DNA of 64,000 nucleotides, taken from assembly GCF_018350175.1 (NCBI RefSeq), contig NC_058368.1, forward strand, positions 35,218,001-35,282,000, read 5' to 3'. The stretch is from Felis catus (Eukaryota). A program made the position numbers and the translations under genes. Numbering within the stretch: position 1 is the stretch's first letter; each line of letters opens with the position of its first letter. The notes under the pieces were generated by a model that worked only from the letters and a program-made list of their open reading frames with translations, was not told where the DNA came from and ran no database searches. Shown here piece by piece: positions 12,760 through 23,665 of this stretch.

Positions 12760-13640
12760 ATCTAAAAGTTACAAAAATAGTACAATAATATTCATATATC
12801 TTTCACTATGATTCTGCAAATCTGCAAATGATATTTATAGACCTTACTCAAATTTTATCACTTATCCCACTATTGTCCTTCACAGCAAAAGAAAAAAAAA
12901 AACCACTCTGGTCTAAAATCCAATCTAGGGTTACACATTTAACTGTAAGGATCACTTTAGTCTCCTTTAATCTGGAAAATTGTCTCTATCCTTTTTTGTC
13001 TTTCTTAACTTTGACATTTTAGAGAATATGGGCCAGTGATTTTATAAAATGTTCCTTAATTTCGGTTTCCCCAAAGTTTCCTCACAGTTAGATTCAGTTT
13101 ATACCCTTTTGCCAAAATAACACAAAAGTGATGTATTGTTATTGCATTATATCAAGAGACGCATGAAGTCAACCTGTCCCGTTAATGATGATATTAATTT
13201 TGACCACTAGATTAAGGTGGTATGTCAGGCATTTCCACTGCACAGTTACTCATTTTCCCCATTTTGTAAATGTTTGTTATTTTGAGAGAGCAGATGTGTG
13301 CATGCATGTGACACATGGGCAGGTGAGGGGCAGTGAGAGAGGGAGAGAATCCCAAGCAGGTTCCATGCTGTCATCCAGACTAGGGTGAGAACTCAAACTC
13401 ACAAACCATGAGATCATGACCTGAGTGGAAATCAGGAGTCAGAAGCTTCAACAACTGAGTCATCCACGTGCTCCAGGAAATCTTTTAAGACAATGCAAAT
13501 GTCCTCTTGCTTACTACATTTTTTTTCTCCACTAATTTTATCATGCAATGATGACTTATACCTAAAACAACTATTATTAAAGAGGTCGCCAAATGGTGAT
13601 TTTCTGATTATTTCTACATTTATTAGACCTAATCATATGG
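12760..13640 (-). mobile_element. L1MC-type 3' end fragment
   Basis: aaaagttacaaaaatagtaca; tagtctcctttaatctggaa; ttgacatttt..gggccagt; gttagattcag; ccaaatggtgattttct. Confidence 0.75.
13264..13474 (-). mobile_element. CanSINE, diverged
   Basis: gagagaatcccaagcaggttcca ... gagatcatgacctgag ... actgagtcatcca. Confidence 0.85.
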
Positions 13641-13671
13641 TAGCATTTGTTACTAATTGTGAATAAACTAC

Positions 13672-13695
13672 CTTTTTTTATGTGTTTTTATTTTT

Positions 13696-13730
<35 letters not shown>

Positions 13731-13886
13731 CGCGAGCGAGCAGGGGAGGGGCAGGGAGAGAGGGACTCTGAAGCAGGCTCTGCACTGACAGCAGTGAGCC
13801 TGATGCAGGGCTCACCTCCACAAGCTGGGAGATCAGGACCTAAGCCAAAGTCAGATGCTTAACTGGCTGAGCCACCCAGGTGCCCC
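13672..13886 (-). mobile_element. CanSINE
   Basis: (GA)n; ends ctgagccacccaggtgcccc. Confidence 0.9.
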
Positions 13887-13895
13887 TAAGCTGAT

Positions 13896-14076
13896 TTTTT
13901 TCAGTTTATTTTTTTTATTTTTGAGCAAGTGTAGCAGGGGGAGACAGCAGGAGAGTAAGAATCCCAGGCAGGCTCTGAGCTGTCAGTACTGAGCCCAATG
14001 CAGGGCTCAAACTCAGGAACTTTGAGATGATATCCTGAGCCAACAAGAGTCAGATGCTTAACCAACACAGGCATCC
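13896..14076 (-). mobile_element. CanSINE, diverged
   Basis: Body motifs; flanking repeat aagctgattttt. Confidence 0.85.
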
Positions 14077-14781
14077 TGTGAAAAAGCTGATTTTTAATTT
14101 GTTTATCTAACAACTGATGTTAAGGGAAACCACTGAACTAGGCATTAGAAGAAAATGTTGTTATCTGTTATATATATCTTTTTACAAGCTAGGTAATCAT
14201 CATGAGATAGCATGTGCTTGAAACATAATTTTAGAACTGCATTAAAACTCCAGCACAGAGAACACTGAATCCTGACAAAACTGACAGTCTCTAATAGGAA
14301 ACAGGAGACTGGAACCTACCAAGAACAAGATTAGTCAAGTAACATTGTCTGAGTGTACCTGAAAAATAAGAGAAGAATGTCTAGATATATTCACTAACAA
14401 GTCTTATGTTTATATCTTTCTTTTTAAAGTCACCCTGCTTCTGTAGAAACCTCAAGGTCTACGTCACGGTGAAGCTACAAAGAAAATTGAAGAAATCACT
14501 TTATATTTTTACAATTAAATTTGTTATTGGCACAATAGTAGGGAATCCAGAAGAGATAACTCTTCGTCACTAAAAAAGTATGTGGGGAAATGTCTTCAAA
14601 GGTGCTTTTCTATACACTTGGAAGTTCGGGACTTTTTTCAAAATTGTAATTTATTCTTTTCCTCAGGACCCTTATATTTTGACTTTTATGATACCACTTT
14701 ACTTCTATTTTCAACACAAATTTTCTGAAAAGCTCAATAGAGTGCCAAATGAGCCATAAAAAAAAATTTGAAAAGTTTACT

Positions 14782-14902
14782 ATATAAGTCAGGGTTCCCC
14801 AGAGAAACAGAACCAATAGGAGATTATGTATATAATCTCCTATATATATAGGATATAACCAATATATAGGATATATAAATATATCCTATTGTATATATAT
14901 TC

Positions 14903-14970
<68 letters not shown>

Positions 14971-15027
14971 GTGATATATATATATATAGGATATATCCTA
15001 TTGGGTCTGTTTCTCTGGAGAACCCTG

Positions 15028-15084
<57 letters not shown>

Positions 15085-15101
15085 TGGAGAGAGACCCTGA
15101 C

Positions 15102-15162
<61 letters not shown>

Positions 15163-15170
15163 CTGGCTTT

Positions 15171-15218
<48 letters not shown>

Positions 15219-15655
15219 TATATATGGGGGGGGGTAGGGAGAGATTTATTACAGGAATTGACTCATGCAGTTATGGAGGTCAAGAAGTCCTACAATATGC
15301 CTTCTGCAAGCTGGGGAACCAGGAAAGCTGGTGGGATAGTCCAGTCTGAGTCTGGCATAATTCAGTCTGTGAACCAGGAGCCCAACATCTGAGGGCAAGA
15401 GAAGATGGAGGTCCCAGTTCAAGCAAAGAGAGTAAATTCACCTTTCCCCCACCTTTTTGTTCTATTCAACCCCACAGCAGATTGACGGATGCTCACCCAC
15501 ATTGGTAAAGGTGAATCTCTCTACTCAGTCTATGGAATCAAACGTTAATCTCTTCCAAAAATACCCTCACAGACACACCCAGACTAATGTTTTACAGGCT
15601 ATCTGGACATCCCTTAGGCTAGTAAGTCAATTGACATACAAAACTAAGTATCACA
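14782..15655 (-). mobile_element. MLT2-family solo LTR with large internal microsatellite rearrangement
   Basis: agtcagggttccccagagaaacagaaccaatagg terminus; gagatttattacaggaattgactcatgc; ccctcacagacacaccc; ttgacatacaaaactaagtatcaca terminus. Confidence 0.88.
14825..15225. repeat. Compound microsatellite: (TG)n(TA)n, (GATA)n, (TA)n(GA)n, (CA)n
   Basis: Directly visible. Confidence 0.97.
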
Positions 15656-15884
15656 TTTACCATTTTATGATACTGGAAAATTTATTTACTTTTCGGTTAC
15701 AGAGCAAAATTTTACCTTTATGGAGTGAATGAGATATTAGTAAAATGTCTAATTACATATTAATTGTTAATAAATTAAAGTTACAGCTTTCAAATATTTG
15801 TATTAAAACAAGCTAATTGGTCTTGCTGGATGCATTTTCCTGCCTGTATAGATCTGAGATGATTTGGATAAGTGGATCAACTGA

Positions 15885-16052
15885 AGCTCTAGAAGTCTAA
15901 TAGTCAGGAGACCCAGTGTCCAGATTCAGCTCAATACTAATTAGTTATGTGATACTGGGTGAGTTAATAACCATCACTCACACTGATGATTTATCTGTAA
16001 AAGGAAAGAGATAGATAATATCATCTCTTGAGGTTGAAGACCTAAAATTCTA
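15885..16052 (+). mobile_element. MIR/MIR3 relic
   Basis: agtcaggagaccc..ctcaatactaattagttatgtgatactggg..atctgtaaaa. Confidence 0.65.
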
Positions 16053-16390
16053 TTATTCTTAAGACAAACTGTTTTGATACTGACTATATTTCTTAAATTC
16101 TGATTACATTTCCAGTTAACACATTATATTCAAATGATGATGTTCTGCTCTTAATATATATTAAACTACTTGCTCCTTATATACATTTCATTTAATTTCC
16201 TAGGTCTATTATTTTTAATAGATTATGTATATGTAACTCCAGCTTAGGCTAAAGTATCATTATCTCCACATTAGTCATGATCAAAAATAACATCACTAAT
16301 TCAAATTATCAACACCCAAATCATGAGATTTTTTTACTACACATAGTCTGCATGTTTTTCCTTTTTGTTAATAAACATTTTCACTCTCCA

Positions 16391-16465
16391 CCTAAATCTT
16401 TTCCTCCTAGATCTCTTCCTCCTAAATCTTTTCCTCCTAAATCTTTTCCTCCTAAATCTTTTCCT
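16391..16465. repeat. Minisatellite, 5 x 15 bp (CCTAAATCTTTTCCT)
   Basis: Four identical units; unit 2 has two substitutions. Confidence 0.97.
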
Positions 16466-17505
16466 CTTTTTTTTTTCTTACCAGACTACCTTTAGATTTA
16501 ATTTTGCTTCCATGAAAATTTGCTTTCAGAGACTGCACAAATATTCTAATATACCTGACAATTTCCCCAGTATTAATAAAATACATTCCGATAAATATTT
16601 TATTCTCATCTAAGTTTGGTTAGTATAAACTAACCCCTTAAGGTTTGGATGTCTCTAGAATACTGACAAGAATCAAGTTTCTATACCACTGAGTCAGACA
16701 AACTAACATGTGGTGGTCCTGATAAATGCATCAAAGATATTGAAGACTGGTAACAGTCAGCAGACTTTGCCCTAGGGATAATCTCTCCTCACCATAAATT
16801 GCTCTTGGGACATGCTGTTTCCTACTTCTATGCTGAGCATTTCTGCTAGCTTCAAGCCACCTATCAGAGCTTTTCAGGTAAAACAGACTCCAGTAATACT
16901 GGCCTTAATTCTTAGAGGTTTAGTTGATAGAAAAACAGTGTTAGATAAGAGCCACTAATCAAAAAAACTCAACATTTTCTATTTAAATATTAAGAAATAT
17001 TAAAAGGATACAAATTCACAAAATGATAATTCCAGGTCCAGCATATTAAAGTGAATGATGGAAGAACCCAAAGTTAAATCATTAAGTTATATCCAATATC
17101 CAGGTTATTTAATAATATATATGCCTAACATGAGAACCTGGAGGCTCATCTCATTGCACGCAGCCTGAAGAAGAGCTATTTCACTTCAAATATTGGATTT
17201 TTTTTCCCATTTAGAGAAGGTATACATCTAATTTTCAGTTAGTCTAATCAAAGTAAACATCCTCATCCTGGACCGAACTTCTCCTTTCATGGCACTTACA
17301 TTACCTGCTTATGAGTGTATTGTATATTCTGTACATGGGCATCCAGGTAATAACAGTAACTTTTCTGGAAGCAGGGTCTTTGTCATGCATTACTAAGGAG
17401 ACTAGGTATGTGTCTCCTAGCCATGTTAAAGACACCCTCTAGAGTCATCTTGTTGACATGGTACAGCTCTCATCTAGGTACAACCATATTTGTTCCTTCT
17501 GTTTC

Positions 17506-17511
17506 GATGAC

Positions 17512-17546
<35 letters not shown>
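17506..17546. repeat. (GAT)n microsatellite
   Basis: Directly visible. Confidence 0.95.
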
Positions 17547-17547
<1 letters not shown>

Positions 17548-17744
17548 TCTCTCAAGATGGCTTCCATCTCCCATTTGATAGCTTTTCTTCTATTTTAAGA
17601 ATAGTACACATGTATAGACACATTCCAAGTATATACTCGTGTACCCTAGACAGACAGACATATACTCTTATTCATTTTGTCTCTATATTTTGCTCTCTCT
17701 CCTAAGCCTGTTTGTATCCTTTAAAACAAATAAAAGCAATTATT

Positions 17745-17960
17745 GGGGCACCTGGGTGGCGCAGTCGGTTAAGCGTCCGACTTCAGCCAGGTCACGATCT
17801 CGTGCTCCGTGAGTTCGAGCCCCACGTCAGGCTCTGGGATGATGGCTCAGAGCCTGGAGCCTGTTTCCGATTCTGTGTCTCCCTCTCTCTCTGCCCCTCC
17901 CCCGTTCATGCTCTGTCTCTCTCTGTCCCAAAAATAAATAAACATTGAAAAAAAAAATCT
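17745..17960 (+). mobile_element. Young feline CanSINE (SINEC_Fc-type)
   Basis: gcgcagtcggttaagcgtccgacttcagccagg head; 23 bp direct repeat ttaaaacaaataaaagcaattat at 17721-17743 and 17960-17982. Confidence 0.97.
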
Positions 17961-18179
17961 TAAAACAAATAAAAGCAATTATCAACTACCCCTACCTAAA
18001 TCCTAGGGTTTGTTGTCCTAAACCATAACAGCTTGATCTTCTAAAGATAGAAATAACAGAACTTTCTTACGTTGAGATTAACCTTATTGAACCTTGGACT
18101 TCAGATTTTTTCCTAAGTCCTTTTTCCCTGATCCCTGAACTCTACTTCTTATTGCCACCAATACCACGAGTCAAGACAG

Positions 18180-18380
18180 ACATTTATTGAGTGCCTCTAT
18201 ACACCACAGGCTTTGTAATCTCAACTATTTAATAGTACTAACATACCAGCTATTGAAAATTATCCATATTTTAAGTGCAAAGACACTGAAAATAAAAGAA
18301 TTGTAGCTGTACGACACATCACAGCTAACTGGTGGCAGATTCTGATATGCCTAACTCAAGTGGCCATGCCTTTCTACTGT
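18180..18380 (-). mobile_element. MIR relic
   Basis: acatttattgagtgcct ... cacagctaactggtggcaga. Confidence 0.65.
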
Positions 18381-18545
18381 TAAAACTGTTTCACAATTAA
18401 GAATTCCTTCCTGCATTTGCTTTAAGTATATCTGTGTATCTAACAAAAACTAGATCAGAGCCAGCAATATCCCAAGATATCACTTTGTCAGTTGTAGATT
18501 TAATTATTTTTTTAAATGGTGTACATTATAAACATATAAGTAAAT

Positions 18546-18548
<3 letters not shown>

Positions 18549-18590
<42 letters not shown>
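18549..18590. repeat. (GT)n microsatellite
   Basis: Directly visible. Confidence 0.97.
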
Positions 18591-18593
<3 letters not shown>

Positions 18594-19314
18594 AAAACAA
18601 GCCCTGAAATTTTAGGATGTCCTTTTTAATGATTACTCTTGAAAAGCATTCTCATAGAATGCTGGAATGTAACTGAATTTATTACATGCCAGTTGAATTA
18701 GCACAGTACACAAGTAACTCTGTGCTTTGGGATGGCTCTGGGAATCTCCTTTTGATTTGGAGATTGCCATTTACCCATGCCTGGAAGGAAAGAATGATGG
18801 CTGAGGTGGTTGTAGATAGACAATGACCTCATTAATCATTGTGATGGAGATATGGGTTGTTCTTTGCAGTGACTCATTACCGAGTGCATCAAATAATAAA
18901 CACTGACAGCTAGCTAGTAGTGAGTGAAGACTGACAGATGGTCAATAAATTCAGAACTGGCATATTTTTTGTAAACTGATTGTAGGTTTGAATGCTTACA
19001 GTGCCTTTCACTACAACTTTAAATTACCGAAGTTATCCTCCAGATTAAACAATTAAAACCTAAATATGGAAGTCCTAAAATTTGAAAATGGGATATTTCC
19101 TACTTTCTTATGCCACTAAAACTTACCCAATTATTTTTAGAGAAAAAAAATAATTGTGAGAGTTTATGCAGAGAAAAAAATACGGTAACTAAACTGCAAA
19201 TACTTTCCAATGAATGCCATGAAAGGTCTCCATAAAATAAAAATATAGCCACAAAATTCATGAAAATTTTCTTCCTGCTAGGAATTATTCTCCAATCTAA
19301 ATATGCAAAGTTAA

Positions 19315-19565
19315 GGGGCACCTGGGTGGCTCAGTTGGTTAAGCATCGACTTCGGCTCAGGTCATGGTCTCGCAGTTCACGGGTTTGAGCCCCATGTTGG
19401 GCTTCTGTGCTGACAGCTCAGAGCCTAGAGCTTGCTTGGATTCTGTGTCTCCCTCTCTCTGCTCTTCCTCAACTTCCCCTCTCTTTCTCTCTCTCTCTCT
19501 CCCCCCTCAGCACCTCTCTCTAAAAATAACTAAACATGAAAAAAATGTTCAATTAAAAAAATAAA
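19315..19565 (+). mobile_element. CanSINE
   Basis: TSD taaatatgcaaagttaa at 19298-19314 and 19566-19582. Confidence 0.95.
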
Positions 19566-20040
19566 TAAATATGCAAAGTTAAAAAAAGAAATGCAAAGCT
19601 TGATACTTTATAAAATGCATTTCACAAGTCTAGATATTCTGCCATGTAAGATGGAGTTACTATAGGTGATGTAGTTCCCTCTTCCCACAACTTTCAAAAT
19701 TGTATGAATCTTATTTCAGTGGTTTGGGGAGATTTATAAAAAGCATGCCAATTTCAAAGCCCAAGGCGGTACATTCAATAAAGGCAACAAAACTGTCTTC
19801 TGTGTCTATAGGTGTTCAAACAGCCTGCACTAGTTACTCTCCTTTGATAGCTCTTCCTCACAAAGCATAGATTATAAAAGAAATCTGTCCTCAAGAATGA
19901 TGAGAAAATGCTCATTCAATTCCTTTTATTAGTGACAGGCTTATGTTTCATATCAGCATCATATACAAGTACTTAGAACATACATTTTTCCTCACATCCT
20001 GGATCTTTTCTGTTTGTCCCTCAAGACATACACCCGTCCC

Positions 20041-20472
20041 TGTTATGGGTTGAATTTTACCCCCCTGCAAAAGATATGTCGATATGCTAATTCCAGATAA
20101 TGGGAATTAGGATCTTTGTAGAGGTCATCAAATTTAAAATGAGGTCATACTGAATTAGGGTAGGCCCTAATTCAATCTGACGGGTGTCCTCATAAGAAAA
20201 GGACACAGACACACAAGAGAGGAGAACATTGTGTGATGACAGAGAGAGAGACTAAAGCAGCTATAAGCCAGGGGGCATCAAGGATGGCCAGCAAATCACC
20301 AAAATCCAGGAAGAGGCAAGGAAGGGTTCTCCCCTTTAGGTTTCAGAGACTTCAGCATTCCTCCCGACCCCTTGATTTCAGACTTCCAACATACGAAACT
20401 GCAAAATAAAATATTTCTGTTGTTTTAAGCCACCCAGTTTGTCATACTCTGCGACCCTAAGGAATGAATGCA
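20041..20472 (+). mobile_element. MaLR LTR (MLT1B/C-like)
   Basis: tgttatgggttgaat start; aaatgaggtcatactg; ggaagaggcaaggaagg; ttctgttgttttaagccacccagtttgt. Confidence 0.85.
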
Positions 20473-20784
20473 CTGTCCATCATGCTTTGTGCCCCAGAAG
20501 ATGACCCCTACAGACTGCAATAATGGGCTTCCTCTCACATTTGGCTCAGCTAGGCCAAAATAAAGTACTAGCAGGAAATTCAAGGGCAGTAGGAGAGTGA
20601 GGATAGGCATTTTTTCCCCTACCCACCTCCTGCTAGTTGCTTTGACTCAGCTGTTTCTCTCCCAAAGGCCACAGCTCCTGCCAGTTACCTGTCTCCATAT
20701 AGTTATGTTCTCCAGGTCTACTAATTGCCTTGTCCTCTTTCCCCTTCAGACTTCTGGGTGGTAGTGGTTTCCAAATTTATCATC

Positions 20785-21311
20785 TATACTGAGTATCCAT
20801 TGCTACATAAGAAATTGTCATGAACTTAGTGGCTTGAAACAGTATGCATTCATTATCTCAAAGATTCTATGGGTCAAAAATCAGGGGTAGTTTAACTGAA
20901 TCCTGGGCTTCTGTGTCTCCCAAGAATCTGTAATCAAGATGTTGACCAGGACTGGTGCTCCTTTGCAGGATCAACTAAGGAATGATCTACTTCGAATTCA
21001 TTTACATCATTGTAGGCTATATTTAATTCCTTTTGGGCTGTTGATGTGAGGGCCTCAGCTCCTTGCTGGCTGTTGACCAGAGGCTTCCCTCAGTTCCTTA
21101 CCATGTGGGCTTCCCCAAGATGGCTACTTGCTTCATCAAAACCAACAAAAGAAAGTTTTCTAGGAAGATAGAAGTCAGGATCAAGTGATATATTTTTAGT
21201 TGAGATACTCTTTGCTTGTAAACAATCTAAGCAAGAGGATGAAACTATATAAGGTAGTAACTACCACAAAGTCAGGATCATTAGGGATGATCCTAGAAAC
21301 TGCTGAACACA
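20785..21311 (-). mobile_element. MaLR LTR (MLT1E/F-like)
   Basis: aacttagtggcttgaaac; gagggcctcagctccttgctggctgttgaccagagg; atggctacttgcttcatcaaa. Confidence 0.8.
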
Positions 21312-22142
21312 CCATATCTTATTTCATTCCTGAAATCCTGCCCACACCTTAGTAAATAGTTTCTTTCAAGTGTGCCATCTGTTTCCTTCCTCGATGCTGG
21401 CTGATATGGAGGGTGATAAACAGAATTTAATCACTCTTCTTTCTATTCACTGTGATGAATTATTGTCTACTCTGAACAAAGTGCTGGTTTCCCAGATTTA
21501 CCAAAACTAAAGAACACAATGTAGATTTGAACATAGCAAGGCAAAACAGTGTTGGACATTCTTAGCATAATCAGTCATCCAAGCCGATATAGTGTATAAA
21601 CTTAACAATTTATCTAAGGTGTAGAGTAAAACTTTTTTTGAAATGATTTACATTTATGCTGGATTAGATCAGAGATAACAGTTTATGAGAAATGGAGTAG
21701 GACATCAAGGACCAGGTAGCTTCAACAAGTGTGTGAGTAAAACAACATGACCATGGAGAGAAGACAGAAGTCAGAGTCGGAAGGGCAACAATAAATGTCA
21801 CTTCCAAGTGATAAAGACTGTAAGCGAGTTGATGGGTCAAGAAAGGAGATGATGAGAATGTACAGAGAAGCCCTGGAATGGGAAGGCTGGGATGCGTACA
21901 GGGCAGGACTCTAGCCCAACAGAGAAAGAATCCCACCTGGATTTGAAGCAAGGGCAAGCTGGGTTAAAGACTCTTGCAGAGATATATAAGCTCTATGTGG
22001 GAAAGCAGGCATATCACCAACTCCCTTTTCAAGAAAACAAGAAAAGGTGGTTTCATTTACTTTTTTTTTTTTTTTTTGGTCAAGTAATAAAATATTGCAA
22101 ACATAATTTCAAGGAAAAGACTACCAAATTAGAAACGTGAAC

Positions 22143-22355
22143 ACAGATCCTTCCTTGCTCCAATACAAACATCAATTTACCATGTGATACAGAGCAATTC
22201 ACTGAATTATTTTAAAATTTTAATTACCCCATCTATATTTAATATGGGATAATAACATCTGTCTTGTCTATATCACAAGAATGTTGGAAAGATTAAATAA
22301 GACAGTGAATGTCAGACTACTTTAAAAAATAAAAAGCATCAAATAAATATCATTA
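22143..22355 (+). mobile_element. MIR relic
   Basis: atgggataataacatctgtc..cacaagaatgttggaaagattaaataaga. Confidence 0.6.
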
Positions 22356-22929
22356 AAAATATTTTTTCAAAACTCAATCATGTGGTATATATTTATGACA
22401 GTTATAGGTCTCAGTAAAGCATCTCTTCATAGGCATCTCTTAATTTTGTCATTAAAGTTTCAAGAGCACAAAATTTTCTTTACTTTGCTTATGACTGGGC
22501 CATTTTAGTAACTATCGAACTAAAATATATAATATATAAAAGATATATCAACTTAATGGCACTAGAGAATTTTTCCCTAAGATATAATTCAGTAATTCAT
22601 GGAAGCTCAATGTTGTGAAAAATGAGGGTAATATTTTCTAATATTTCCTGACATAGTTTCCTTCTCAGTAATTAGATACCTCCCTAGGAAATGTTATCTT
22701 GGAGTCTTCTAGGAAGAACGTTATAATATAGGAAACATTCCTGAAAGAAGAGAAAAAAAAATGAAACAGGAGCTTTTTCCAAGGGTAGAGGAAAATAAAA
22801 AAGAGACAAAGAGAAAAATCTCAATCCTCATTTTCTGCCATCCTAGCATGTGTAAATAGAAAGAAGGTATGGTTAAAAAAAAAAAAAAAAAAAAAAGACA
22901 CCAGACAGCTTAGAATGAAAGTAATCTAA

Positions 22930-23665
22930 GGGGTTTGGTTCCTATAGGGGATCTAATGCCCTACCGTATGCCCAGAATATCTCCCAACAATTTGAACTGA
23001 CCACTGCATGAAAGTGGTAACATAACACATGTAGGGAAAGGAAGATCTAGGACTAGTGTCACTGAGATCACCCTGGCCTCCATGGGATGCGATACGTCAA
23101 TGGAGGACTTTGGAAGTAGCTGAGAGGTAAAAGATAACGTGCCTACCATGGGGCACTGTGGTAAATAAACATCATGAGGAACAATGTCAGAGACTGAGAT
23201 GAAAAGCCACAGCCAACACGAACAGAATTTGGTTGAGACTCAGAGGATTCATAGAAGACAAGCTTAGGAGAAGCCAACTCAGCCCAGGAGTTACTCCAAG
23301 TGTCACTAGGTTTCCCAGCTCTGCAGAAAATGGTGGCAGTGTGCCCAATGAGCAAGTGGAATAACAGACCTGTCACAGAGGTCAACGAGGAACCAAGCAG
23401 GCCACACAAAGGCCCATGCTTAGATGCAAGCTCTCCACCCACACACTGAGGAAGGCTGCAGCAATCTCTCCCTCTGGCCCACATAGCATCTTGAGAATCA
23501 GCAGACAAAGGTAAAAACAGTTGAGCTCTGTACTGCCTCAATCTTTATCCAAAAGGAGAAGGGCTTAAGCTAGATGAAACTAAGATACATTTACTTAGGA
23601 AGTGCACATTTTATCTAACTCTGTGGGTAGGGGTTATGAGAAAGTTCAAATAAGTTAGAGAAATT
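22930..23665. mobile_element. Probable ancient LTR remnant, family uncertain
   Basis: Abrupt GC-richer block with LTR-like composition; family not confidently recognised. Confidence 0.35.

Larger units (their letters stand above)
19995..21408 (+). mobile_element. LTR33-like ERVL LTR split by two MaLR insertions
   Basis: ggatcttttctgtttgtccct; aaggccacagctcctg; ccccttcagac; cctgcccacaccttagtaaatagt; gtgtgccatctgtttcct. Confidence 0.7.

Noticed and set aside
16391..16465. CRISPR-like array
   Set aside because: Tandem units with no spacers, in mammalian DNA with no cas genes.
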